44,303 bases of DNA from assembly GCA_022616315.1 (NCBI GenBank), contig JAKEEX010000143.1, positions 1 through 44,303 of the forward strand, in the 5' to 3' direction. Positions 1-7,958 of the stretch are shown here, piece after piece. A program made the translations under genes and the position numbers. This DNA is from Myxococcaceae bacterium (GTDB lineage Bacteria > Myxococcota > Myxococcia > Myxococcales > Myxococcaceae). The notes beneath the pieces are model-generated. The model searched no databases and was not told the DNA's origin. It saw nothing but the letters and a program-made list of their open reading frames with translations. Every line of letters starts with the position of its first letter. Positions within the stretch are counted from its first letter, which is position 1.

Positions 1-1614
1 ATCACCAAGCCGGACGGCAGCGTGGTGGAGGCCTACGGGGAGCAGGACCGGCAGATGAACGAGCCCTGGACGGGCATGTACTACGACGCGCGCGCGCGCG
101 TGCTCTCCTTCCCCGCGCTCAGCTCGGGTGACGTGCTCGAGCTCCAGTACCGCGTGGACGACACCGCGCAGGACAACCTCCTGAGCGACTACTGGGGGGA
201 CGTGGAGAGCGTCCAGGCCACCGCGCCCAAGGTGCGCTACCAGTACCAGGTGGACATGCCGCGCGAGCGGACCCTCTACTGGAACGAGGGTGAGCTGCCG
301 GGGCTGAAGCACGAGCGCACGGAGCCGGAGGCGGGCCGCACGCTGTACGCCTGGCGCGCCCGGAGCGTGCCGCGCGTGGTGCCCGAGCCTGGAATGCCCG
401 GCTGGTCCGAGGTGGCGAGCACGCTCCACGTGTCCACCTACCAGACGTGGGAGCAGGTGGGCCGCTACTACTGGGGCCTCGTGCGCGACCAGCTCACCCC
501 CAACGACGAGCTGCGCCGCACCGTGGACGAGGTGCTCAAGGGCGTAGACCGCAAGGACGAGCTCGCCGTCGTGCGCGCCCTCTACAACTTCGTCGTGACG
601 AACACGCGCTACGTGGCGCTCGAGTTCGGCATCCACGGCTACAAGCCGTACCGCGTGGACCGGGTGCTCGCGCGCCGCTTCGGCGACTGCAAGGACAAGG
701 CGAGCCTCATCCACGCGCTGCTGAAGGTGGCCGGCATCGACAGCAAGCTGGTGCTGCTGCGCATGCGCAACCTGGGCGCGCTCTCCGGCAAGCCCGCGAG
801 CCTCGCCGCCTTCAACCACGCAATCCTGTACGTGCCCAAGTTCGACCTGTGGCTGGACGGCACGGCGGAGTTCCACAACGCGCGCGAGCTGCCGAGCGCG
901 GACCGCACCGCCAACGTCCTGGTGGTGGAGCCCGGCGGCAAGAGCACCTTCCTCACGATTCCCGAGGCGCGCGCGGAGGACAACGTCACCGCGCTGTCCC
1001 TGGGCGTGGTGCTGAAGGCGGACGGCAGCGCGGAGATGACGGGCGAGAGCAAGGTGTCCGGCCAGGCCGCGCCCGAGCAGCGCCGCAGCTATCGTGCTCA
1101 CGCCACGCGCAAGGCCGTCTTCGAGCAGGGCTGGGCGCAGAGCTTCCCCGGCGTGTCGGTGGGCAAAGTGGACATCAACGACACCACCCGCCTGGACGAC
1201 GACGTGCGGCTCGCCTTCGACATGAAGGTGCCGCGCTTCGCAGAGGTGTCCAAGGACGGCACCTTGCGCATCCTCCCCTTCGGCACCGGGCGCGCGTACA
1301 CGCAGGCCTTCGCTCCGCTCGGCGAGCGTCGGTACGACCTCGTGATGGGCACGCCGTGGACGCACCGGTACACGTACCGCTTCACGCTGCCCGAGGGCTA
1401 CGCGCTCGCGGGCCAGCCGAGGGACGTGCGCGAGGAGTCCCCCTTCGGCGCGCTCACCGTGCGCTACCGCAGCGAGGGCAACCAGGTGGTCGCCGAGAGC
1501 GAGCTCGTTCTCTCCGTGGCGCGCGTGAAGGCTCAGGACTACGGCGCGTTCAAGGCGTTCCTCGGCAAGGTGGACCAGGCGTTCGCGCGGAAGCTGACGC
1601 TGGTTCGACGGTAG
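1..1614 (+). CDS. DUF3857/transglutaminase-like domain protein, 5'-truncated by the window edge
   Basis: Frame 1 is open from nt 1, so the listed GTG at 22 is internal. Stop at 1612-1614. It carries a transglutaminase-core style Cys/His/Asp context: RRFGDCKDKASLIHALLKVAGI ... FNHAILYVP ... LWLDGTAEF. It is paralogous to the C-terminal half of the 20444..24205 product. Confidence 0.75.
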   Translation: MTKPDGSVVEAYGEQDRQMNEPWTGMYYDARARVLSFPALSSGDVLELQYRVDDTAQDNLLSDYWGDVESVQATAPKVRYQYQVDMPRERTLYWNEGELPGLKHERTEPEAGRTLYAWRARSVPRVVPEPGMPGWSEVASTLHVSTYQTWEQVGRYYWGLVRDQLTPNDELRRTVDEVLKGVDRKDELAVVRALYNFVVTNTRYVALEFGIHGYKPYRVDRVLARRFGDCKDKASLIHALLKVAGIDSKLVLLRMRNLGALSGKPASLAAFNHAILYVPKFDLWLDGTAEFHNARELPSADRTANVLVVEPGGKSTFLTIPEARAEDNVTALSLGVVLKADGSAEMTGESKVSGQAAPEQRRSYRAHATRKAVFEQGWAQSFPGVSVGKVDINDTTRLDDDVRLAFDMKVPRFAEVSKDGTLRILPFGTGRAYTQAFAPLGERRYDLVMGTPWTHRYTYRFTLPEGYALAGQPRDVREESPFGALTVRYRSEGNQVVAESELVLSVARVKAQDYGAFKAFLGKVDQAFARKLTLVRR

Positions 1615-1627
1615 AGGAGCGCGCTTG

Positions 1628-1662
1628 CCCTCACCCTGTCCCTCTCCCAGAGGGAGAGGGGA
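1628..1662. repeat. Palindromic repeat copy A (CCCTCACCCTGTCCCTCTCCCAGAGGGAGAGGGGA), located between convergent genes
   Basis: 9-bp perfect stem CCCTCTCCC / GGGAGAGGG with a 3-nt loop. The 35-mer is identical to 11082..11116 and matches 24901..24935 at 32/35. It sits in the 55-nt gap between stop 1614 (+) and stop 1670 (-). Confidence 0.85.
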
Positions 1663-1669
1663 GCTTGGG

Positions 1670-3850
1670 TCAGTGGAGGGCCCGGAGCAGATTGAGAACG
1701 GCGGCCGGGTCCCGGAGCCGCACCTTGGCGCGTGAGGGGCGCTGGCCCACCGCGACCGCCACGGCTCCCTCGGGGAGCGCCGCGAAGAGGTCCTCGTCCG
1801 TGCGGTCGTCCCCGAAGGCGACCAGGAGCGCATCCGCGGGAGTGCACGCGCGCACGCGCTCCACGATGCGCCCCTTGTGCACGCCGCGCGGGCGGAGCTC
1901 GACAATCTTGTTGCCGGGCAGCACCTCCAGCCCGGACGCCGTGAAGAGCTCCGCCAGGTGCATCCTGAGCTCGCGTGCCTGCTGCACACCGAACTCCGGG
2001 TCCGCGAGCCTGTAGTGCCACGCGACGCTCGCCGTCTTCTCCTCCACCAGCGCGCCCGGCGTGCGGTCCGCGTACTGGCGCATCAGCTGGAGCGCGCGCG
2101 GCTTCCAGGAGAGGTCCAGGTCCGCGATCATCTCCCACGGCGCGTCGGGCGAGAGACGGCTCCACAGCCCGTGCTCCGCGTGCAGGCCCACCGGCAGCTG
2201 ACCCAGCCACTCCTCCAGCACCGTGCGCGGCCTGCCGCTCACCACGTGCACGAAGGTGCCCGGCACACGCGCCACCGCTCCGAGGATGGAGAGGAGCTCC
2301 GGCGTGGGTGCCGCCATCTCCGGCCGTGGCTGCAGGGGCACGAGCGTGCCGTCGTAGTCCAGGAGCAGCACCCGGGCCGGCGCCTTCCGCAGCCGCGACA
2401 CCAGGGCCGCCAGCTCCTCACGTGTCGCGGGGCGGGCGGCGGGCGCCTCCTCGGGCGCCGTCACCGCCTTCAGCGCGCCCAGGAAGCCGTGCACCCAGCG
2501 GTGGACGTCGTGCTCGAGCACCCTCGCGCGCATCCGTCCCATCCGCGACCGCCGCTCCGCCTCGGGCATGTGCAGCGCCTCGTGCAGCGCGCGCGCCATG
2601 CCCTCCACGTCGTAGGGGTTCACCTTCAGCGCATCCGCCAGCTCCCCCGCGACACCGGCGAACTCGCTCAGCACCAGCACGCCGTCCCCGTCCGGCCGCG
2701 ACGCGACGAACTCCTTGGCCACCAGGTTCATCCCGTCGCGCAGTGGCGTGACGTACATGACGTCCGCGCCGCGGTAGAGCGCCACCAGCGTGTTCTGCGG
2801 AATGGAGCGGTAGAGGTAGTGGATGGGCGTGTGGTTGACGGTGCCGTAGGTGCCGTTGATGCGGCCGACCAGCTCGTCCACCTGCTCGCGGTAGCGCGCG
2901 TAGTCCTCCACGCCGGTGCGGCTCGGCACCGCCACCTGGATGAGCCGCACCTTGCCGCGCAGCGAGGGCTCGCGCTCCAGGAGTCGCTCGAAGGAGAGCA
3001 GGCGTCTGGGAATCCCCTTGGTGTAGTCCAGCCGGTCCACGCCGAGGACGAGCTTGAGCTCCGGGTTGCGCACGCGCAGATTGCCCGCCTCGGCGAGCAC
3101 CGCCGGGGTCTCCGCCAACCGCTCGAACTCCCGCGCGTCGATGCCCATGGGGAAGGCGCCGAGGCGCACGGTGCGTCCCTCGTCGTGGACCTCGTCTCCG
3201 TCCACCTCGAGCCCCAGGAGGCGCAGGAGCGACGTGGCGAAGTGGCGCACGTAGCTGGGCGTGTGGAAGCCCACCAGGTCGGCCCCCAGGAGGCCCCGCA
3301 GCACCTCCTCGCGCCAGGGCAGCGTGCGGAACACCTCGGAGGATGGGAAGGGGATGTGCAGGAAGAAGCCGATGCGCGCATCCGGCAGTCTCTCGCGCAG
3401 CATCCGGGGCACCAGCATCAGCTGGTAGTCGTGCACCCAGATGGTGTCTCCCGGCTGATGGTGCTCGGCCACCTTGTCCGCGAAGCGCTGATTCACCCGC
3501 CTGTAGACTTCCCAGTCGCGGGAGTGCAGCGGGATGCGGTCCAGCATGTAGTGGCAGAGCGGCCACAGCACGCGGTTGCTGAACCCCTCGTAGAAGCGGT
3601 TGACCTCCGCGGCGGTGAGGTAGAGGGGGACGCAGCGCAGGTCGAGCAGCCGCGACTCCAGGTCCGCCACCTGCGTCGGGCCCAGACGCGTCACGTCGCC
3701 CGGCCAGCCGAGCCACAGTCCCTGCGACTGCTCGTGCGGCCCCGAGAGACCCGTGGCCAGCCCACCCGCGCTCCGCGCGACCTGCACCTGCCCCGACTCC
3801 AGCTTCACCGTCACCGGAAGTCGGTTGGACACCAGGAGCAGCCGCGACAT
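1670..3850 (-). CDS. otsAB: Bifunctional trehalose-6-phosphate synthase (GT20) / trehalose-6-phosphate phosphatase (HAD) fusion
   Basis: ATG at 3850 with GGAGG 8 nt upstream; the listed TTG at 3868 is less likely. The N-terminal ~470 aa carry OtsA hallmarks ([51 protein letters not shown]). The C-terminal ~250 aa carry the OtsB/HAD DxDxT motif ([11 protein letters not shown]). Confidence 0.9.
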   Translation of the reverse strand: MSRLLLVSNRLPVTVKLESGQVQVARSAGGLATGLSGPHEQSQGLWLGWPGDVTRLGPTQVADLESRLLDLRCVPLYLTAAEVNRFYEGFSNRVLWPLCHYMLDRIPLHSRDWEVYRRVNQRFADKVAEHHQPGDTIWVHDYQLMLVPRMLRERLPDARIGFFLHIPFPSSEVFRTLPWREEVLRGLLGADLVGFHTPSYVRHFATSLLRLLGLEVDGDEVHDEGRTVRLGAFPMGIDAREFERLAETPAVLAEAGNLRVRNPELKLVLGVDRLDYTKGIPRRLLSFERLLEREPSLRGKVRLIQVAVPSRTGVEDYARYREQVDELVGRINGTYGTVNHTPIHYLYRSIPQNTLVALYRGADVMYVTPLRDGMNLVAKEFVASRPDGDGVLVLSEFAGVAGELADALKVNPYDVEGMARALHEALHMPEAERRSRMGRMRARVLEHDVHRWVHGFLGALKAVTAPEEAPAARPATREELAALVSRLRKAPARVLLLDYDGTLVPLQPRPEMAAPTPELLSILGAVARVPGTFVHVVSGRPRTVLEEWLGQLPVGLHAEHGLWSRLSPDAPWEMIADLDLSWKPRALQLMRQYADRTPGALVEEKTASVAWHYRLADPEFGVQQARELRMHLAELFTASGLEVLPGNKIVELRPRGVHKGRIVERVRACTPADALLVAFGDDRTDEDLFAALPEGAVAVAVGQRPSRAKVRLRDPAAVLNLLRALH

Positions 3851-3886
3851 GTCGCTCACCTCCGTCAAGCGGGATGCGCAGGCACC

Positions 3887-4960
3887 TTAAGGCTGGGCCT
3901 CGCCTGCGTGGGCCCAGCCGAGACGCGTGAGGAGTCGCGCGTCGCGCCCCGGCCTCCAGACGAAGGCGTCCAGCAGGTAGTGTGTCGCCTGCGGGAGAGC
4001 AAGAAGAGGAACTAACAGGGCAAGTGCATCGTCCGCCAGCGTGACGCTGCCCTCCCCGAAGAGGAGGGGTCGCTCGTGCCAGACGAGCCGGTCCCAGAGG
4101 AGCTCCTCGAGGAAGGCGAGCACGAGGAGGAAGCCGAGGAAGCCCGGCAGCCCCAGGCGGAGCAGCGTGGACGCCCTGCCCTCCTCCGCGGCGCGCCCCC
4201 GTGCGTATCGCCAGAGGAGAACGAGGTAGGGGACGCCGTGGAGCGTGACGTTCATCACCGTGAAGGCGAGGTCGTCCCGCGCCAGGACGATGCCGCCGAA
4301 CCACGCACTCCAGGTGGCGGCGACGAGCAGCACCTTGCCCGGGTGGACGCCGCTGCCGGCGAGGAGGCGCCCGAGCTGGAGGGTGCACCAGGCGGCGAGG
4401 ATTGCCGCGTGTGCGGCGAGCGCGGCGGTGCCCATCCATGTGGGGAGGGGCGCGAAGTCACCCTCGACGAACCACCAGAAGGGTCGCGGGAGGTTCGCGT
4501 GCCACCAGACCGCAGGCCCGAGTGTCGCGGCGTAGATGGCGGCCCCATCCAGGCGGCGCTCCCACGCGGGGGTGCCCGCGCGGCGTCCGTAGAGGGCCAC
4601 CCAGCCGTACTGCTGGCGGATGAAGTGGGCGAGCGCGGCGTAGGCGAGCAGGCGCCAGAAGACGAGGGGGCCGTACAGGGACGCCACGATGCCCACCGCG
4701 AGGGCGAGGAGCGGGGTGCCCACGTAGAGGAGGGGGCGGCGGCGCAGCTCTTCCCCGTCCAGGTAGGTGCGGAAGAGGGTCGCCCAGACGTGCGCCACGT
4801 CGATGGCCAGGACGAACATCACCCAGGCCCAGAGCGGTGTCTCGCCGGTGGAGGTGAGCCACGGCGAAGCCCAGGCGAGCAGGCCCGAGGCGAGCGCGCT
4901 GCCCGCGAAGACGGCCGCGTCTGTCCTCGGGCCGAAGAGCCACGCCCGGTGCGTGGACAC
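3887..4960 (-). CDS. Polytopic inner-membrane protein of unknown function with four His-containing motifs
   Basis: GTG at 4960 preceded by AAGGAAG. About 8 hydrophobic segments by eye. His motifs are DVAHVWATLFRTY, AHFIRQQYGW, LHGVPYL and THYLLDAFVWR. It lies 21 nt after the upstream stop and 36 nt before the otsAB start, on the same strand. Confidence 0.7.
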   Translation of the reverse strand: MSTHRAWLFGPRTDAAVFAGSALASGLLAWASPWLTSTGETPLWAWVMFVLAIDVAHVWATLFRTYLDGEELRRRPLLYVGTPLLALAVGIVASLYGPLVFWRLLAYAALAHFIRQQYGWVALYGRRAGTPAWERRLDGAAIYAATLGPAVWWHANLPRPFWWFVEGDFAPLPTWMGTAALAAHAAILAAWCTLQLGRLLAGSGVHPGKVLLVAATWSAWFGGIVLARDDLAFTVMNVTLHGVPYLVLLWRYARGRAAEEGRASTLLRLGLPGFLGFLLVLAFLEELLWDRLVWHERPLLFGEGSVTLADDALALLVPLLALPQATHYLLDAFVWRPGRDARLLTRLGWAHAGEAQP

Positions 4961-4981
4961 GTGTGGACTTCCTTTCAGGAA

Positions 4982-5923
4982 CTAGCTCCCCGTCCCGGCC
5001 TCCGGGGGTCCGCCCGCCGTCCCGAAGCGCACACCCAGCTGCACGCCCACGAGGAGCGGGTCCCTGACGCTGTAGTTCACCGTGGTGATGAACCTGTTGC
5101 CCCCGAAGAGCGGAAGCTCGACTCCCGCGGAGAGGACCAGCGGCTTGTCGTACTTCTGCCAGCCCCGGTAGCCGCGCGCCTCCAGGCGCACCGTGCCGAA
5201 GCGCAGGTGCGCGAGCACAGTCGCGCTCAAGGAGAGCGCGTCGTTCTGGCCGAAGCCCGCCTGCTGCCAGGCGAGGAAGCCCGCGGCGAGCCAGGCCTCG
5301 AGCCGGAGCGACTCGGAGATGGCGAACTGCTTCCCGCCGATGATGTCGAACAGGTAGCCCGGTGCGTCCATGAAGCGCCGGTCCGGGCCGCCCTTCCCGG
5401 TGGTCGTCTTGGTGAGCGCGCGGAAGGCCACGCCCGGAAAGGTTGGGCTGCCCTCGTAGAGGAGGAACTTGGCGCCGATGCGGATGTCCCCCTTGGTCAG
5501 CCCCTGCCCGCGCGTGGGGCGCCAGGCCTCGGCCGTCTGTTGCGAGACGACCCACGCCTCCACGGGCGTGCCCTCGACGATGAGCGAGACACGTCTGGCG
5601 AAGCCGTAGTCCACGCGGAACGGGAAGGTGAGGGAGAGGTCGCGCCCTCCCCCCACGGGGCGGGCCTGCTGAGCCGCCACGGAGAGGAGGACGCCCCACT
5701 CGTCCACCACCCAGGGCGCCTCGCCCGGCTGGGGCGGGAGGGCGTTGGCCCCCATGAGCCCGGGATTGAAGTGGTTCTCCTGCCCGCGCGCGCTCCCGGC
5801 CCAGACGAGCGCGAGGCACACGGCGAGCAATCCGCAGCGCCTCGCGCCCGCACGGCCCCACGGAAGAGTCCGGCCATGATGGCGCAGTGCCGGGGAGAAG
5901 AGAGAGAAAGGAGCCATGGGCAC
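4982..5923 (-). CDS. Secreted protein, possible outer-membrane beta-barrel (function unknown)
   Basis: Signal-peptide-like N-terminus (GLLAVCLALVWAGSARGQ). Alternating hydrophobic/polar strand-like segments run through to VGVQLGVRF. The start is ambiguous (GTG 5923 or ATG 5917). Confidence 0.55.
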   Translation of the reverse strand: MPMAPFSLFSPALRHHGRTLPWGRAGARRCGLLAVCLALVWAGSARGQENHFNPGLMGANALPPQPGEAPWVVDEWGVLLSVAAQQARPVGGGRDLSLTFPFRVDYGFARRVSLIVEGTPVEAWVVSQQTAEAWRPTRGQGLTKGDIRIGAKFLLYEGSPTFPGVAFRALTKTTTGKGGPDRRFMDAPGYLFDIIGGKQFAISESLRLEAWLAAGFLAWQQAGFGQNDALSLSATVLAHLRFGTVRLEARGYRGWQKYDKPLVLSAGVELPLFGGNRFITTVNYSVRDPLLVGVQLGVRFGTAGGPPEAGTGS

Positions 5924-6156
5924 CGCGGGGCCGCCGGAGCAGGTCGCGGGGTTCTGTGCCAGCGGGGGCCCGGACGCAAGCCTCGACTGTCAGTTTGCAC
6001 CCACACCGTCCCGTGACAGATGTGACGTCGGAAGCTTCGGCCGGGAGCCTGCGCGTTCGAGGGGCGCCGGTGCGTGGAACGAGCACGACACACCGCGCCT
6101 CGCCGGTGTATGGGAGCCTCGCCCGGAGACGGGTGGTTTCGCCCCGGACTCCAACC

Positions 6157-7050
6157 ATGGTCGCCGCAGTCACGCTCCCCCTCCTCCTGGGCCTGGCGCT
6201 CGCATCGTCCCCTCACGCGGGAGCTCCGCCGGCCCCGAAGGAGGCGCTTCCCCCGGCCGTGCTCGCACCGGGGCAGCCGCTCCGCTTCGACTGGATGCGG
6301 GACGGCCTGTTGGCCGGTGGCGGCGCGGTCCTGTGGCTGAGCGCGGAGACGTGGATGAAGCCCCTGCTCTCCGCGGAGCGCTGCCGCTGGTGCGACAGGG
6401 ATGGGGCCACCGGTGAGGACGCGCTCAACCCGCTGGACAGCCTCGGGCTCGGCATGGGGGCGATGGGCCTGGGGCGGCCCGCACAGGAGTGGAGCGACCG
6501 GCTCGGGTACGTGGCCGTTCCGCTCACCACGCTCGGCCTGCAGACGGTGCTGGCGTCCCGCACGGGGGACTGGGGCCAGGTGGCCGAGGACACGTTGATG
6601 GTTGCCGAGGCAGTGGTGCTCTCCGGGCTCGTCACGCACTCGGTGAAGTTCGCCGTGGCGCGCGAGCGTCCCTGGGCCTACAGGCTCACCGCGGAGGAGC
6701 GCGCGACCCTGCCCCGCTCCTCGGACCGCAACATGTCCTTCTTCAGCGGCCACACCAGCTTCGCCTTCGCGGCGGTGGTGGCCACCGCGACCGTGGCGGA
6801 GCTCCGCGGCCGCGAGGGGCGCTGGTTGCTGTGGGCGGCAGGGCTGCCGCTCGCTGCCACGGTGTCGGTGCTGCGCATGGCCGCGGACCGGCACTTCCTG
6901 ACGGACGTGCTCGTGGGGGCGACGGTGGGGGCCGCGGTCGGGTGGGCGGTGCCCGTGCTGCTCCATCCGCGCGGGAGTGGCGAGGCTGCTCCGCTGGAGC
7001 TCCGCGTGAGCGCCAGCCCGGAGCACGTCGCGCTCAGCGGGACCTTCTGA
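6157..7050 (+). CDS. PAP2-family (type 2 phosphatidic acid phosphatase-like) membrane phosphatase
   Basis: ATG at 6157 followed by a signal/TM segment (MVAAVTLPLLLGLALASS). All three PAP2 motifs are present: KFAVARERP (KxxxxxxRP), FSGHTS (SGH) and RMAADRHFLTD (RxxxxxHxxxD). The upstream part of the listed ORF (5887-6156) is Arg/Ser-rich and overlaps the divergent gene start. Confidence 0.85.
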   Translation: MVAAVTLPLLLGLALASSPHAGAPPAPKEALPPAVLAPGQPLRFDWMRDGLLAGGGAVLWLSAETWMKPLLSAERCRWCDRDGATGEDALNPLDSLGLGMGAMGLGRPAQEWSDRLGYVAVPLTTLGLQTVLASRTGDWGQVAEDTLMVAEAVVLSGLVTHSVKFAVARERPWAYRLTAEERATLPRSSDRNMSFFSGHTSFAFAAVVATATVAELRGREGRWLLWAAGLPLAATVSVLRMAADRHFLTDVLVGATVGAAVGWAVPVLLHPRGSGEAAPLELRVSASPEHVALSGTF

Positions 7051-7852
7051 TGGCCGGGTCCACCTCCACGCTCACCGGGCAGTGGTCACTCCCCATCACC
7101 TTCGCGTGGATGGCCGCCCCCTTCACGAAGGGCATGGCCCCCGGCGAGGCGAGCACGTAGTCGATGCGCCAGCCCACGTTGCGCTCGCGCACGCCGAAGC
7201 GCTGGCTCCACCAGCTGTAGTGCCCCCCACGCTTCTCGAAGTGGCGGAACGTGTCCACCCAGCCGGCGTCGAGCAAGCGGGAGAACTCCGCGCGCTCCTC
7301 GGGGCGGAAGCCGCTCGTCTCCCGGTTGTCCTTCGGGCGCGCCAGGTCCAGCTCGGTGTGCGCGGTGTTGAAGTCCCCCATGACGAGGACGGGTGTCCCG
7401 TCGCGCAGCGGCGCCTCGAGCACCTCGAAGAGGCGGCGATAGAAGTCCAGCTTGAAGGGGATGCGGCTGTTGTCGCGCTCCTTGCCGTTGCCGTTGGGGA
7501 AGTAGCCGTTGACCAACAGGAGCTTCCCGAAGCGTGCACACTGCAGCCGCCCCTCCGCGTCGAAGGCCGGCACGTCGAGCATGGTGTCCACTGCGTCGGG
7601 TGCCTGACGGGAGTACAGCCCCACGCCGCTGTAGCCTGGACGCTCTGCGGGGGAGAAGTGCGCGTTCCACCCTTCCGGGGCACGCAGCTCCTCGGGGAGC
7701 TGCTCGGGCCGGGCCCGCACCTCCTGGACCGCCACCACGTCCGCCTTCGCTCCCTTCATCCACTTCAGGAAGCCCTTCTGGTGACAGGCCCTCAGGCCGT
7801 TCACGTTCCACGAGACGATTCTCACCCCGCATACTCTAGCTGCGTGCGCCAT
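7034..7852 (-). CDS. xthA: Exodeoxyribonuclease III (AP endonuclease family 1)
   Basis: ATG at 7852 gives 272 aa, beginning MAHAARVCGVRIVSWNVNGLRA. Contains ADVVAVQEVR, LVMGDFNTAH, WRIDYVL and SDHCPV, which are typical of XthA/ExoIII. The 3' end overlaps the convergent PAP2 gene by 17 nt. Confidence 0.9.
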   Translation of the reverse strand: MAHAARVCGVRIVSWNVNGLRACHQKGFLKWMKGAKADVVAVQEVRARPEQLPEELRAPEGWNAHFSPAERPGYSGVGLYSRQAPDAVDTMLDVPAFDAEGRLQCARFGKLLLVNGYFPNGNGKERDNSRIPFKLDFYRRLFEVLEAPLRDGTPVLVMGDFNTAHTELDLARPKDNRETSGFRPEERAEFSRLLDAGWVDTFRHFEKRGGHYSWWSQRFGVRERNVGWRIDYVLASPGAMPFVKGAAIHAKVMGSDHCPVSVEVDPAIRRSR

Positions 7853-7958
7853 CAGACGCTGGCCCCATCCCCGGAACGGATTCACGCGGGGCCTTTCCCA
7901 GGTCACCTTGCCTCCACTCTGGAGGTGGGGACGGTCAGCAAGTCCCCGTGGCTCAACC

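Noticed and set aside
1877-4439. Long ORFs 1877..4015 (+), 2418..4439 (-) and several shorter ones across otsAB and the membrane-protein gene.
   Set aside because: They overlap genes with strong OtsA/OtsB motifs or clear TM organisation. The translations are Arg/Pro/Gly-rich shadows.
5887-6156. 5' extension of the PAP2 ORF, and the ORFs 5916..6416 and 6074..6340 in the divergent intergenic region.
   Set aside because: The extension overlaps the start of the divergent secreted-protein gene and encodes Arg/Ser-rich sequence. A signal/TM segment follows directly after ATG 6157. The other two ORFs have no support.
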